A program made the position numbers and the translations under genes. Shown one piece after another: positions 1 through 10,613 of a DNA stretch of 64,000 nt. The stretch is taken from contig CAZYYD010000001.1 in NCBI GenBank assembly GCA_964651225.1, positions 50,811 through 114,810 on the forward strand, read 5' to 3'. Position 1 is the first letter of the stretch, and each line of letters opens with the position of its first letter. The DNA comes from an uncultured Ignavibacteriaceae bacterium (GTDB lineage Bacteria > Bacteroidota > Ignavibacteria > UBA10030). Under the pieces are notes generated by a model, which was given only the letters and a program-made list of their open reading frames with translations, did no database searches and was not told the DNA's origin.

Positions 1-2
1 GG

Positions 3-1244
3 ATGAAAGGAACGCCGGGCGTGTCGGGAAAAGTATTCCAGGCGATCGGCCGTAATGGTGTGAATATCTCCGCTATCGCTCAAGGTGCTTCAGAAAGAAA
101 TATCTCGTTTGTTATTGATGAGCGGCAAAAAATATTAGCGTTGAATGTTATCCATGAAGCATTCTTTGAACCCAGGAAAAAGCTTGGTGTGATTCTGATC
201 GGTCCGGGAAATATCGGGGCTGCACTCCTTCGGCAGATCCAGCAGCAGCACTCGTTCCTGCAGTCCAATGGATTTGATGTGCGTGTCTGCGGGATTGCCA
301 ACAGCAAGCGGTTCATTCTCTCGTCGGCAGGGATAAACCTGAAACACTGGAAAGATGAACTCGGCCGGTCCCCCCAGAAAATGGATCCGGCTGAATTCCT
401 CCGGCAGCTTTCACAAATTCCGTTGACAAACGCCGTTGTGATTGATTGCACGGCAAGTTCGGAAATCGTCGACCTGTATGAAAACTTTGTCCGGTTGAAT
501 ATGCATATCATCACACCGAACAAGCGGGCTAATGTTCTGCCATGGCGACGATATAAACAACTGACGGAACTGCTGAAAAAACGGCAGAAATACTTTCTCT
601 ATGAAGCAAACGTAGGTGCAGGGCTTCCGATTATTTCCACGCTCAACGACCTCATTGCAAGCGGTGATCAGATCGTAAAGATCGAAGGAATGTTTTCCGG
701 AACGTTCAGTCATTTGTTTAATTCTTTTAACGGTACACGTCCCTTCAGTGCATTGGTGCAGGAGGCGCTGGAATTGGGGTACACTGAGCCGGATGTGCGG
801 GAGGATCTTTCGGGAGATGATGTGGCCCGCAAACTCCTTATCCTTGCGCGTCAGCTTGGATTGAAAATGGACATGAAGCAGATCAATGTTGAAAATCTTG
901 TTCCTCCAGCCCTCCGTCGTGGATCATTTTCAAAAGGCTTTTTCCAACAGTATGCAAAATATGACGAAGCGATAAAACAAAGACTGGATGCAGCCCGGGC
1001 GAAGGGATCGGTGCTCCGGTATGTAGGAGTGCTTCAAGGGAATGCCGCCGTTGCAGGCATCAAGGAAATTCCTACCAGTCATCTGTTTGCATCGACGAAG
1101 GGGAGCGATAATATTATCGCCTTTACTACGCATCGTTATGCACGCACACCGCTGGTCGTACAGGGACCCGGCGCCGGCGCCGATGTGACGGCCATGGGTG
1201 TGTTTTCCGATCTTCTCAAATTGCTCCATTATCTCCCTCATTAG
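3..1244 (+). CDS. thrA: bifunctional aspartokinase/homoserine dehydrogenase, C-terminal part (ACT region plus homoserine dehydrogenase domain); 5' end lies outside the window
   Basis: The translation resembles the ACT/regulatory region of aspartokinase followed by a homoserine dehydrogenase NAD-binding and catalytic domain (GPGNIGAALLRQ..., VQGPGAGADVTA). thrB and thrC follow directly. Confidence 0.85.
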   Translation: MKGTPGVSGKVFQAIGRNGVNISAIAQGASERNISFVIDERQKILALNVIHEAFFEPRKKLGVILIGPGNIGAALLRQIQQQHSFLQSNGFDVRVCGIANSKRFILSSAGINLKHWKDELGRSPQKMDPAEFLRQLSQIPLTNAVVIDCTASSEIVDLYENFVRLNMHIITPNKRANVLPWRRYKQLTELLKKRQKYFLYEANVGAGLPIISTLNDLIASGDQIVKIEGMFSGTFSHLFNSFNGTRPFSALVQEALELGYTEPDVREDLSGDDVARKLLILARQLGLKMDMKQINVENLVPPALRRGSFSKGFFQQYAKYDEAIKQRLDAARAKGSVLRYVGVLQGNAAVAGIKEIPTSHLFASTKGSDNIIAFTTHRYARTPLVVQGPGAGADVTAMGVFSDLLKLLHYLPH

Positions 1245-2192
1245 ATGAAACCGAAAAAAGTAACGGTTTTTGCTCCGGCAACGATTGCAAACCTCGGCTC
1301 TGGATTTGATGTACTTGGCCTTGCAATTGAACAGCCGGGTGATTTTGTTCTTGCTGAACGTCAGCGCAACCCTGAGTTAACTTTTTCTCTTCGTACAAGA
1401 CAAAACGATGTTCCTGCCGATGCCAAGACAAATGTTGCTGGTCATGTCGCCAGGCTCATGCTCAACGAATTTCGACCCCCGTTTGGTATCAGAATGATTC
1501 TGGATAAACGAATGCCTATCGGTTCCGGGCTTGGCAGCTCAGCGGCAAGCAGCGTGGCATCGGTGGTGGCGGTGAACGCGCTGCTCTCGAAACCGTTCAA
1601 GAAAACTGATCTTCTTCGGTTTGTGATAGAGGGAGAACGGATGGCATCCGGAACGCCGCATGCGGATAATGTTGCGCCTTCGCTGCTGGGAGGAGCTTGC
1701 CTGGTACGAAGCTACGAACCGCTTGATGTGATCTCGATCCCCATTAAAAATTCTATCTCGTGGGTCGTAGTTCACCCGCACGTTGTTATTCGGACAGAAG
1801 ATGCGCGCAGTATATTGCCTAAAGCAATCTCACTGCAGACTGCCATCCGTCAATGGGGTAACATCAGCGGACTAACAATTGGATTGGCTGCCGGTAACGC
1901 ACAACTCGTGGGTAAATGTGTTGCCGATGCAATCGCTGAACCTGTGCGGGGGAATCTTATTCCCGGTTTTTATGAAGTCAAAGAAGCTGCGCTGAAGGCA
2001 GGTGCGTTCGGCTGCTCCATCTCCGGTTCCGGTCCATCGATGTTTGCCGTGACGGCTTCCACAGCTTCGGCGCGCACCGTTGCCGCCGCGATGAAGAAAA
2101 CGTTTTTGCACGCTGCAGGAGTTAAATGCGATGTCTATATTTCCCGCATCAATCAGGCAGGTGCAAAGATTATGAAGGAAAAAAACGGATGA
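1245..2192 (+). CDS. thrB: homoserine kinase (GHMP kinase family)
   Basis: GHMP kinase motifs are present ([12 protein letters not shown]). The gene starts immediately after the thrA stop and sits between thrA and thrC. Confidence 0.9.
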   Translation: MKPKKVTVFAPATIANLGSGFDVLGLAIEQPGDFVLAERQRNPELTFSLRTRQNDVPADAKTNVAGHVARLMLNEFRPPFGIRMILDKRMPIGSGLGSSAASSVASVVAVNALLSKPFKKTDLLRFVIEGERMASGTPHADNVAPSLLGGACLVRSYEPLDVISIPIKNSISWVVVHPHVVIRTEDARSILPKAISLQTAIRQWGNISGLTIGLAAGNAQLVGKCVADAIAEPVRGNLIPGFYEVKEAALKAGAFGCSISGSGPSMFAVTASTASARTVAAAMKKTFLHAAGVKCDVYISRINQAGAKIMKEKNG

Positions 2193-3565
2193 AGACTGCC
2201 AGCCGATCAAAAACTCAGGCGGTTGAAAGTGAAAATTTGCAGCGATGCTGGCTGGCATGTATTCACGGATGCAGGAAACGATATTCGATCTATGATGTCG
2301 TCTATCGCTGCGAGGATTGCGGCGGCTTGCTGGATGTAGAACACCAGATGAAAGCACTCGCCCGTAGAAGTGCACCGTCGTGGAAAAAATTGTTTGAGGA
2401 CCGAACCCACACCACCGTGTGGCCCTACAGCAGCGGTGTATGGGGAAAGAAAGAATGGGTGTGTCCCGAGATTGCAGACGAAAATGTTGTCTCGATGTAC
2501 GAAGGGCATTCGACCCTTTTTCGAGCAGAACGAATGGGAAAAGACATCGGTCTCCCCGATCTGTGGGTGAAATTGTGCGGCAACAGCCATACCGGCTCAT
2601 TCAAAGACCTAGGCATGACGGTGCTCGTTTCTGTCGTCAAGCAGATGATTGCCGATGGAAGGCATATTCGTGCAGTTGCCTGCGCCTCCACCGGTGATAC
2701 ATCGGCGGCCCTCTCTGCATATGGTGCTGCTGCAGGAATTCCTACGATCGTCTTCCTCCCCAAAGGAAAAATTTCCACTGCACAGCTTGTTCAACCGATT
2801 GCGAATGGCGCAGTGGTGCTTTCGCTCGACACTGATTTCGACGGCTGTATGCGTATCGTGGAAAAGATCACTGCGGATACATCAATCTATCTTGCCAACT
2901 CAATGAACTCTCTCCGGATAGAGGGTCAGAAAACAGTAGGAATCGAGATTGTGCAGCAGTTCGACTGGGAAGTTCCGGATTGGATCATTATTCCTGCCGG
3001 TAATCTGGGAAACGTCAGCGCACTCGGCAAGGGACTGCTGATGATGCGTGAGCTTGGGCTTATCAAGAAATTACCCAGGATTGTGTGTGCGCAGGCCGCA
3101 AACGCGAATCCTTTGTACCTGAGTTTTCAAAATGGCTTTCAGAAATATGAATCGGTGAAAGCGAAAACGACGCTTGCATCGGCTATCCAAATCGGTGCGC
3201 CGGTCAGTTATGAACGCGCCGTGAAAGTGCTGCGGGAATTCAATGGTATAGTCGAACAAGCTACAGAAAGCGAATTAGCTGATGCGGCCGCCCATGCTGA
3301 CCGCACCGGACTCTTTACATGCCCGCAAACGGGTGTTGCTCTTGCAGCGCTACAGAAACTTATCGATCGCAAAGTGATCAAAACAAAAGAGCGTGTGGTG
3401 GTCATCTCAACGGCGCACGGCTTGAAATTTTCGCAGTTCAAAGTGAATTACCACAAACAAACTCTTGCCGGCATCAAAGCCCGGTATCCGAATCCTCCTC
3501 TCATGCTTCCTGCTGACCTCGATGCCGTCCGAAGTACTATCGACCGTGTTCTAGGAAAGTCCTGA
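2189..3565 (+). CDS. thrC: threonine synthase (PLP-dependent)
   Basis: The PLP lysine motif SFKDLGMT and the threonine synthase fold are present. The start at 2189 overlaps the thrB stop as ATGA, which I prefer over the longer ORF-track start at 2126. Confidence 0.9.
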   Translation: MKTASRSKTQAVESENLQRCWLACIHGCRKRYSIYDVVYRCEDCGGLLDVEHQMKALARRSAPSWKKLFEDRTHTTVWPYSSGVWGKKEWVCPEIADENVVSMYEGHSTLFRAERMGKDIGLPDLWVKLCGNSHTGSFKDLGMTVLVSVVKQMIADGRHIRAVACASTGDTSAALSAYGAAAGIPTIVFLPKGKISTAQLVQPIANGAVVLSLDTDFDGCMRIVEKITADTSIYLANSMNSLRIEGQKTVGIEIVQQFDWEVPDWIIIPAGNLGNVSALGKGLLMMRELGLIKKLPRIVCAQAANANPLYLSFQNGFQKYESVKAKTTLASAIQIGAPVSYERAVKVLREFNGIVEQATESELADAAAHADRTGLFTCPQTGVALAALQKLIDRKVIKTKERVVVISTAHGLKFSQFKVNYHKQTLAGIKARYPNPPLMLPADLDAVRSTIDRVLGKS

Positions 3566-3580
3566 TCTCATAAAAGAACT

Positions 3581-3614
3581 CTCCCCCTTGTCGAAGGGGG
3601 GGAATTTATTCTTT
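3581..3614 (+). terminator. rho-independent terminator after thrC
   Basis: A GC-rich hairpin (CCCCCTT gtcg AAGGGGG) is followed by the T-rich run aatttattcttt. Confidence 0.7.
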
Positions 3615-3830
3615 ACACTGAGAAGAATTGACTTTCCTCTCCTGATTTGATAAGTTATTCATGTCGTTGTACCGATTTTCGTTAACATGCCTTTCATGAT
3701 TCCGGAGGTGTTATGAATACTTCCTGAACTCATCCCCTCATTCGCATGGCTTCTCTCTTGAACCATGTCAATGCGAGCGTTTCGATTTCCATGGACTGCA
3801 TTCCTCACTCTGTCAGAACAGGGGGTCGGT

Positions 3831-4313
3831 ATGATACTCAAGAAGCTTGTTGAATTCCTCGATTCGAATAATGTTCGATACACCATTCTCACACATTCAC
3901 CGGCTTTCACAGCACAGGAAATTGCCCACCAGGCACATATCTCTGGAAAGGAGATCGCAAAGACTGTCATTGTCTGGATGGACGGAGCGATGGTCATGGC
4001 TGTTCTGCCGGGATCGCACATCATAAATTTTGCTCACCTGCAGGAACACAGCGGAGCGAAAAACGTCGAACTTGCCGGCGAAACGGAATTCAAGGATCGC
4101 TTTCCTAACTGCGAAGTCGGTGCAATGCCCCCATTCGGCAACCTGTTCAATATGCCTGTCTATGTCGCCAGCGCGCTGAAAGAGGATCGGGAGATCGCTT
4201 TTAATGCGGGGAGTCACCGTGAGCTTGTGAAGATGAGCTATACAGATTATGAACGGCTCGTGAAGCCGGTAATTGCTTCCTTCACGATTCCGAGAAAAAC
4301 AACTCTGGAATAA
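3831..4313 (+). CDS. YbaK/ProX-type aminoacyl-tRNA deacylase domain protein
   Basis: About 160 aa with the family-typical GAMPPFGN motif and a conserved N-terminus (ILKKL...VRYTILTHSPAFT). The start at 3831 is preceded by GGGGGTCGGT; I rejected the longer ORF-track start. Confidence 0.65.
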   Translation: MILKKLVEFLDSNNVRYTILTHSPAFTAQEIAHQAHISGKEIAKTVIVWMDGAMVMAVLPGSHIINFAHLQEHSGAKNVELAGETEFKDRFPNCEVGAMPPFGNLFNMPVYVASALKEDREIAFNAGSHRELVKMSYTDYERLVKPVIASFTIPRKTTLE

Positions 4314-4758
4314 TGAAATTCCTATGGTGAAGACCGCAGGCAAGAGATGACTTGCACGCATTCTGCTGTTCCGGAAACCGAATATCATTAGTGTCTCATC
4401 GGTAAAATCTGTCCACTGCCATGATTTGTTTGAACAAGATTCTCTCTTTCTCAAGTACCCATCGAGGTACTCTCTGCTATTGAAGATGGTTCCTGTCTTA
4501 TATTCTGCAGCCACTCATCGAAAATCAAGCCCTGTCATAGCGCTTATACTGATGAGAATCACCATAAAGAGATGCTCATACGATCTCACTCTGCCATTCG
4601 TCGATTATTCTTTGAGCTTCTGAGGTCATATCGCTATAATTTTGGTTGCTGCTATGAAGAATATATAATAATTGAGAAATCATCTCTGATTGGCTTTGGC
4701 ACTTCAATATTCGTAACTTACATCAAAAGAATATTTCAGTAAAAAAAAGGAATAAACC

Positions 4759-6795
4759 ATGAAACACATGAGCTTTGTCTTTATTGCTTTGCTGTTTGCC
4801 GTCACTATAAATGCCTGCAAACAAACAGGACAACAGCAGGATTTCAAATTTATTGCCGACAGGTTTGCCGACCTGAGGATCCTCCGCTATCAGGTGACAG
4901 ACTTTGAAAATCTTTCACTGAACCAGAAAAAACTCTTGTATTACCTCAGCCAGGCAGCATTGTGCGGCCGCGACATCATCTTTGATCAGAACGGGAAATA
5001 CAACCTCGCCATCCGAAAAACTCTCGAAGCCGTTGTTCAATCGTACAAAGGAGACACCGCAGCGCCGGAGTATCAAAATTTCATTGTGTATACAAAACGG
5101 GTCTGGTTCTCCAACGGCATCTACCACCATTACTCCAATGATAAATTTGTCCCCGGTTTTCCGGAATCGTATTTCCGCACACTTGTTCAGAACAGTGATC
5201 CGGGATTACTGCCCCTTCAATCCGGTCAAACGGTTCAAGACCTGCTCGGTGTGATCTGTCCGATCATGTTCGATCCTTCGGTACTCCCTAAAAAAGTCTG
5301 TCAGGAACCGGGGAAGGATCTTATCGTCAATTCCGCCTGCAACTTTTATGAAGGAGTGAGCGAGAAAGAAGCCGTTGCATTCTATGTAAAGATGAAGAAT
5401 CCGAAAGATCCCGAACCCCCATCCTACGGATTGAATTCCAAACTGCTCAAAGAGAAGGGAACGATCGTTGAAAAAGTATGGAAGGTCGATGGGATGTACG
5501 GTGCGGCTCTCCAGCGTGTAGTTTCCTGGCTGGAAAAAGCTGCGACGGTTGCCGAGAACGATCAGCAAAAGAAAACGATTGCATCGTTAATTTCGTATTA
5601 CACCACAGGCGATCTGAGAATGTTCGATACATACAATGTCCAGTGGCTGCAAGATACTGTGTCGCAAGTAGATTTTGTCAATGGATTTATCGAAACATAT
5701 AATGATCCATTGGGAATGAGGGCGAACTGGGAATCGTTGGTGAATTTTAAAGATATGAAGGCGACTAAGCGGGCAGAGACGATTACTGCCAATGCTCAAT
5801 GGTTTGAAGACAACTCACCGATCGATCCGCGGTTTAAGAAAAAAGAGGTGAAGGGCGTCAGCGCGAAAGTAATCACAGTTGCACAACTAGGCGGCGATTG
5901 TTATCCCAGCACTCCTATCGGTATTAATCTCCCAAATGCCGACTGGATACGAAAGGTCCATGGATCCAAATCGGTCACGCTGGAAAATATCACGTATGCA
6001 TACGACCAAGCCTCGCTGGGGAACGGCTTTCTGGAAGAATTTTATAGTTCGCCGGAAGAGGTCGAACTCATAAAGAAATACGGGTACGTTGCTGACAACC
6101 TGCATACCGACCTGCACGAATGCATTGGTCATGCTTCGGGTCAACTCCTGCCGGGAGTCACCGGCGATGAATTGAAGAATTACGGCGCGCCGCTGGAGGA
6201 AGCACGAGCCGATCTGTTCGGCCTCTACTATTGTATGGACCCGAAAATCGTGGAATTGGGATTGCTGCCCAACAACGATGCAGCAAAAGCAGAGTATATG
6301 CGGCAGATTTCTAACGGGCTGTTCACACAGTTGACGCGGATTGAACTGGGAAAAGACATTGAGCAGGCGCATCTACGCAACCGGCAGCTCATTGCCCGCT
6401 GGTGCTTTGAAAAAGGGAAAGCGAAGAATGTGATAGAAGAGATACATAAAAACGGAAAGGTGTTTTTCAGGATCAATGACTTCGAACAACTGCGCAACTT
6501 GTTTGGTACATTGCTCAAAGAAGTGCAACGTATTAAATCTGAAGGGGATTTTGAAGCGGGGAAAAAGCTTGTTGAAACATACGGTGTGAAAGTGGACAAA
6601 GCGCTGCATGCCGAAGTGCTTGAGCGTTATGCTAAACTGAACCTGTCCCCCTACAGCGGCTTTATCAATCCGGTGTTCACGCCTGTTGAAGAAAACGGTG
6701 AGATCAAAGACGTAAGAGTAGAATATCCGGACAACTATATGAAGCAGATGCTGGAATATTCAAAGCACTATTCCTTCCTGCCTGTCTGGAATTAA
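4759..6795 (+). CDS. dipeptidyl-peptidase III-like zinc metallopeptidase (family M49), lipoprotein
   Basis: The HECIGH (HExxGH) and EEARAD motifs define M49. The N-terminus carries a signal peptide with lipobox (...AVTINAC). Confidence 0.75.
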   Translation: MKHMSFVFIALLFAVTINACKQTGQQQDFKFIADRFADLRILRYQVTDFENLSLNQKKLLYYLSQAALCGRDIIFDQNGKYNLAIRKTLEAVVQSYKGDTAAPEYQNFIVYTKRVWFSNGIYHHYSNDKFVPGFPESYFRTLVQNSDPGLLPLQSGQTVQDLLGVICPIMFDPSVLPKKVCQEPGKDLIVNSACNFYEGVSEKEAVAFYVKMKNPKDPEPPSYGLNSKLLKEKGTIVEKVWKVDGMYGAALQRVVSWLEKAATVAENDQQKKTIASLISYYTTGDLRMFDTYNVQWLQDTVSQVDFVNGFIETYNDPLGMRANWESLVNFKDMKATKRAETITANAQWFEDNSPIDPRFKKKEVKGVSAKVITVAQLGGDCYPSTPIGINLPNADWIRKVHGSKSVTLENITYAYDQASLGNGFLEEFYSSPEEVELIKKYGYVADNLHTDLHECIGHASGQLLPGVTGDELKNYGAPLEEARADLFGLYYCMDPKIVELGLLPNNDAAKAEYMRQISNGLFTQLTRIELGKDIEQAHLRNRQLIARWCFEKGKAKNVIEEIHKNGKVFFRINDFEQLRNLFGTLLKEVQRIKSEGDFEAGKKLVETYGVKVDKALHAEVLERYAKLNLSPYSGFINPVFTPVEENGEIKDVRVEYPDNYMKQMLEYSKHYSFLPVWN

Positions 6796-6818
6796 AAGAT
6801 CGGACTGAGAAATTCTCA

Positions 6819-6848
6819 AGAGACCCTGCAATTGTGTGGGGTCTCTTA
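6819..6848. terminator. bidirectional hairpin terminator between the convergent M49 peptidase gene and kdpE
   Basis: An 8-bp stem (AGAGACCC / GGGTCTCT) with an 11-nt loop lies between two convergent genes. Confidence 0.6.
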
Positions 6849-6870
6849 TGAAAGAGATGGATGGAGAAGC

Positions 6871-7560
6871 TTAATCATCCACATGAAGCCGGTACCCAAT
6901 GCCGGATTCGGTGAGAAGAATTTTTGGGTGTGCAGGATCTTTTTCGATTTTTTTCCGTAATTGACCGACATAGACGCGGGTATATTGTGCTTCCTCTGCA
7001 AAGGTTGGTCCCCACACTTGTTCTAAAATATATTTATGTGTGAGTACTCTTCCGGCATTTCGTACAAACAATGCAAGCAGAGAATATTCAGTAGCTGTCA
7101 ACTTTAGGGTTGTAACCCCCTTCCTCACGATCCGAGCCGATAAATCTACGAAAAGATCACCTGTTGTGAACTGTTCTTTTTCTAAAATTCTGGGCCGATG
7201 TCGAAGAGCTGTTCGCACGCGGGCAACTAGTTCTCCAGTACGAAACGGTTTTACAAGGTAGTCGTCCGCACCGGCATCCAGACATGCAATGATATCGGTC
7301 TCCGTATTTCGGACCGAGAGAATGATGATAGGTGTTGTTGTCCATTCGCGAATTCTTTTTAACACAGCGCTTCCATCCATATCCGGCAAACCAAGATCAA
7401 GTATAATGAGCTCGGGCCGCTCTGAACCGGCACTAAGAATGCCATCGCTGCCTGTTTCTGCAAACTTGATCTGGTAACCATGTGGTTCTAGTGTAAGCTG
7501 AAGCAGCCGGCGTATCTGAATTTCGTCATCGATGGCAAGTATTTTTATCGCTGTCGTCAT
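6871..7560 (-). CDS. kdpE: OmpR-family response regulator KdpE
   Basis: A REC domain (ILAIDDE...D) plus a winged-helix DNA-binding domain. It overlaps the kdpD stop by 1 nt (TAATG). Confidence 0.85.
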   Translation of the reverse strand: MTTAIKILAIDDEIQIRRLLQLTLEPHGYQIKFAETGSDGILSAGSERPELIILDLGLPDMDGSAVLKRIREWTTTPIIILSVRNTETDIIACLDAGADDYLVKPFRTGELVARVRTALRHRPRILEKEQFTTGDLFVDLSARIVRKGVTTLKLTATEYSLLALFVRNAGRVLTHKYILEQVWGPTFAEEAQYTRVYVGQLRKKIEKDPAHPKILLTESGIGYRLHVDD

Positions 7561-10226
7561 TACCGTGCTTGTTCAATTTCTATGGGAATATCAATTTTGA
7601 ATTCTAACCCGACCGGGATTCTATTTCGAACAGAGAGGGTTCCACGAAGAGCTTCAATAAAACCCTTTGCGATCGGCAGACCTAATCCTGTCCCACCGGC
7701 GGGGGCTCCTTCCACACGATAGAATTTGTTGAAGATTTTAGGAATATCTGATTTTGGAATACCCGGTCCGTTATCTGTGACGGTGACAAGACAATGATCA
7801 TTTTCGACAAGAGCCTGAATTTCGATGTGCGTACCTGGGGGTGTATGCACTGTGGCATTATATACAAGGTTTGTCAAAGCCTGTTCCATCAATCCGAAAT
7901 CTAATTTAACTAGCGGCAGGTCTTCCTGTACTGTTATCGTTACCGTATGACGGCAAATTTCCCGTTCGAGTCCTTTCAGCGTTGCATTCATGATGTCCCG
8001 AATGTCGCACCAAGTTAATTTTGGCTGAATCATTCCGGATTCCAGGCGTGTCATATCCAGCAAATTTGCAACGAGCCGGTTTAGTCGTTCAGCAGCGATA
8101 TGAATTTCGTGATAAAGTTCGCCTGTCGTTGTTGAGACCTGCGTCTGGTTTGTCCCAAGCAAATTTTCTGAGGCGCCCATAATAGCAGCAAGAGGTGTTC
8201 TCAACTCATGGGAAATGGAATTAAAGAGTGTCTTATAAAGTTTTTCCGATTCAGCAACCACGATAGATCGTTTGGTGACGTCATTCAATAATTCCCGTTC
8301 AACGGCGGATGCAATTTGAGCGATAAAATTTTCCAGAAGGATTTCCTGATCGATGCCCAGTTTTTCGTTCTGACGAACTCGGACACCGATGACACCGACA
8401 GGATATCGAGGTCCAGACATGGAATAGTAGGTTGCTTGGGCAAAAGGAAGTGTGTCTGTAAATCTTCCGGCTTTTTTTTCATTCCAGTATGTCCAGGCTG
8501 CAACACTGAACTCCTTTTCATCCGGCGTCCATGAACCGGCTTGGTGAGGACTCTGGCTCATGTCGCCGTCTGCATCGCCGAGAAAAATAGCAACATCCGC
8601 GTCAAAAAATTTATTGATATTGGTTACCGCAGCTTTCACAACCTCTTCCTGTGAATGAGCTGAAGAAAGATCTTTCGTTAATGCGAAGAGAGCAGAGGCG
8701 CGTCTTTCGCGCTGCCGTACCGCTTGTTCTTGTGCGCGCACACGCGCAGATAAGGTGCCGGAGACAGCAGCAACAATGAAAAAGGTAGCGAGCATGAGCA
8801 CATCCTCAATATGTCCCACGGAAAATGTGAGGATGGGTGGTATAAAGAAAAAATCCCATGATAATGCTCCGAGGGCTGCACCAAGAAGCACGGGGCCGCG
8901 TCCGAATCTGAGCGGCAGAAGAGAGACTGCAAAGAGAATGATCATCGAGACCGTACGGTACCCAATGAACGAAGTGAAGGGAACGCAAACAAGTGCCACG
9001 CAAAGAACAAGTGTGGCTGCCATAACATACTGCAGCAGTGCGGATTGGATTCTCGGAATCCATTCCAGAGGGACTGAATCATGTTGTTCTTCTTCGCGGC
9101 CTACAATATAAAGATCAATATTTTCTGCATGCTGAAGCAACGAACGAACAAGATCCGATTTTTGAAAGAACCTGTGTTTATTTGGTTTGCCAACAAATAT
9201 ATGAGTCGCATTTTGTTCCCGTGCAACCCGAAGCAGTGCACCGGCAATATCTTCATCTGATGTTGTGACGATCTCAGCGCCAAGTTCCCTTGCGAGTTTG
9301 AAATTTTTCGACAGTTGCTCTGTTTCCGTTCCCGTTGCTTTTCTTGATGTTTCGACATACACCGCGATCCACGATGCATCCATCGTGTACGAAACTCTGC
9401 GTGCCCATCGGATGACAGAGAGTGATTGCAGACTGGCATTGATGCCGACGACAAGCCGTGTTCCAGATTTCCAAGTCTCAGAAATCCTTTGCTTTTGCCT
9501 ATATTCTCGCAATTGCTGATCAACACGTTCGGCTGTCAAACGGAGCGACATTTCACGCAATGCCGAGAGATTGCCGGCACGGAAAAAATGTTGAACCGCT
9601 CGCTGTGATCGTTCAGGAGTATAGACCTTTCCTTCCGAGAGACGCTTGAGAAGTTCATCGGGTGAAATGTCGATGACCTCTACTTCACTTGCGGCTTCAA
9701 AAATTGAATCTGGTACTGTTTCGCGAATAATACTTCCGGTAATCTGTGCAACGGTGCCGGCGCGGCTTTCAAGATGTTGAACATTGAGTGTTGTAAAAAC
9801 ATCGATCCCTTTATCGAGGATCTCAAGAACATCCTGATACCGTTTTGTATGTCGGCTGCCTGTGGCATTTGTGTGAGCGAGTTCATCAACAAGTACCAGT
9901 TGCGGTTTTCGGGAAATGATAGTATCGAGATCCATTTCTTCAACCAACGTGCCTTTATACTCAAGAGTTTTTCGAGGGAGAACTTGCAAACCGTCGAGAA
10001 GAGCTTCTGTCTCTAATCGTTTGTGCGTTTCTACATACCCAACAAGAACATCAATCCCTTTAAACTTAGCGGCATGGGCATCCTTCAACATGTCGTACGT
10101 TTTGCCGACGCCGGCACACATTCCAAAGAATATTTTCAGCTTCCCCTTTTTCTCTTTCTCCCCTTCTTTCTTAAGAAGCTGGAGAAGCGTATCAGGATCA
10201 GGCCTATGCTCAGGGTCGTTTTCCAT
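7560..10226 (-). CDS. kdpD: sensor histidine kinase KdpD
   Basis: The N-terminal KdpD domain with P-loop (GMCAGVGKTY), a Usp domain, four TM helices, then GAF, HisKA (HELRTPL) and HATPase (GTGLGL) domains. Confidence 0.9.
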   Translation of the reverse strand: MENDPEHRPDPDTLLQLLKKEGEKEKKGKLKIFFGMCAGVGKTYDMLKDAHAAKFKGIDVLVGYVETHKRLETEALLDGLQVLPRKTLEYKGTLVEEMDLDTIISRKPQLVLVDELAHTNATGSRHTKRYQDVLEILDKGIDVFTTLNVQHLESRAGTVAQITGSIIRETVPDSIFEAASEVEVIDISPDELLKRLSEGKVYTPERSQRAVQHFFRAGNLSALREMSLRLTAERVDQQLREYRQKQRISETWKSGTRLVVGINASLQSLSVIRWARRVSYTMDASWIAVYVETSRKATGTETEQLSKNFKLARELGAEIVTTSDEDIAGALLRVAREQNATHIFVGKPNKHRFFQKSDLVRSLLQHAENIDLYIVGREEEQHDSVPLEWIPRIQSALLQYVMAATLVLCVALVCVPFTSFIGYRTVSMIILFAVSLLPLRFGRGPVLLGAALGALSWDFFFIPPILTFSVGHIEDVLMLATFFIVAAVSGTLSARVRAQEQAVRQRERRASALFALTKDLSSAHSQEEVVKAAVTNINKFFDADVAIFLGDADGDMSQSPHQAGSWTPDEKEFSVAAWTYWNEKKAGRFTDTLPFAQATYYSMSGPRYPVGVIGVRVRQNEKLGIDQEILLENFIAQIASAVERELLNDVTKRSIVVAESEKLYKTLFNSISHELRTPLAAIMGASENLLGTNQTQVSTTTGELYHEIHIAAERLNRLVANLLDMTRLESGMIQPKLTWCDIRDIMNATLKGLEREICRHTVTITVQEDLPLVKLDFGLMEQALTNLVYNATVHTPPGTHIEIQALVENDHCLVTVTDNGPGIPKSDIPKIFNKFYRVEGAPAGGTGLGLPIAKGFIEALRGTLSVRNRIPVGLEFKIDIPIEIEQAR

Positions 10227-10271
10227 ACTTCGGTAATATACAAAATCCTTTTTCGAAGTTCTGGAGAAGGT

Positions 10272-10550
10272 TTATCGATTTTCCGAACTTTGAAGCGACG
10301 AACTTTTCCAGATGGGTTTGTCGGTTGTCTCATGGAAGAAGCGATCATGAAAAACCGAACCGAGTGCCAAGCCAAAAATCAACGAAATAATGCAGAGAAG
10401 AACCCACAAAGTTGTCCGAAAACGAGCGGACATGGAGAATGGAAGTAGGGGAATTAATTCATCTTGCAATATCGAATCACGGGGCACTTTGATGATCACA
10501 TATTTCCCATTTCTGGGTTCCTGAGGCGTGGGAACAATCAGAGTTTTCAT
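10272..10550 (-). CDS. hypothetical small membrane protein (one predicted TM helix) occupying the slot between kdpB and kdpD
   Basis: Only an ORF in the 388-nt kdpB-kdpD gap, with a hydrophobic stretch LWVLLCIISLIFGLALGSVF. No recognisable family. Confidence 0.2.
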   Translation of the reverse strand: MKTLIVPTPQEPRNGKYVIIKVPRDSILQDELIPLLPFSMSARFRTTLWVLLCIISLIFGLALGSVFHDRFFHETTDKPIWKSSSLQSSENR

Positions 10551-10613
10551 AGGCGACTCTTTTGGAATTGTTGTTGGAATGATTCATGTAAAAGTATAAA
10601 TATTGTTTCATTA

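Noticed and set aside
1872-2600. Numerous 60-240-aa ORFs on the opposite strand or alternative frames inside long genes (for example 1872-2600, 2207-2590, 3897-4514, 11581-12087, 18533-18946, 23049-23339, 30155-30742, 59109-59669)
   Set aside because: They are fully embedded in or antisense to well-supported conserved genes. They have low-complexity or biased composition typical of shadow ORFs and no recognisable motifs.
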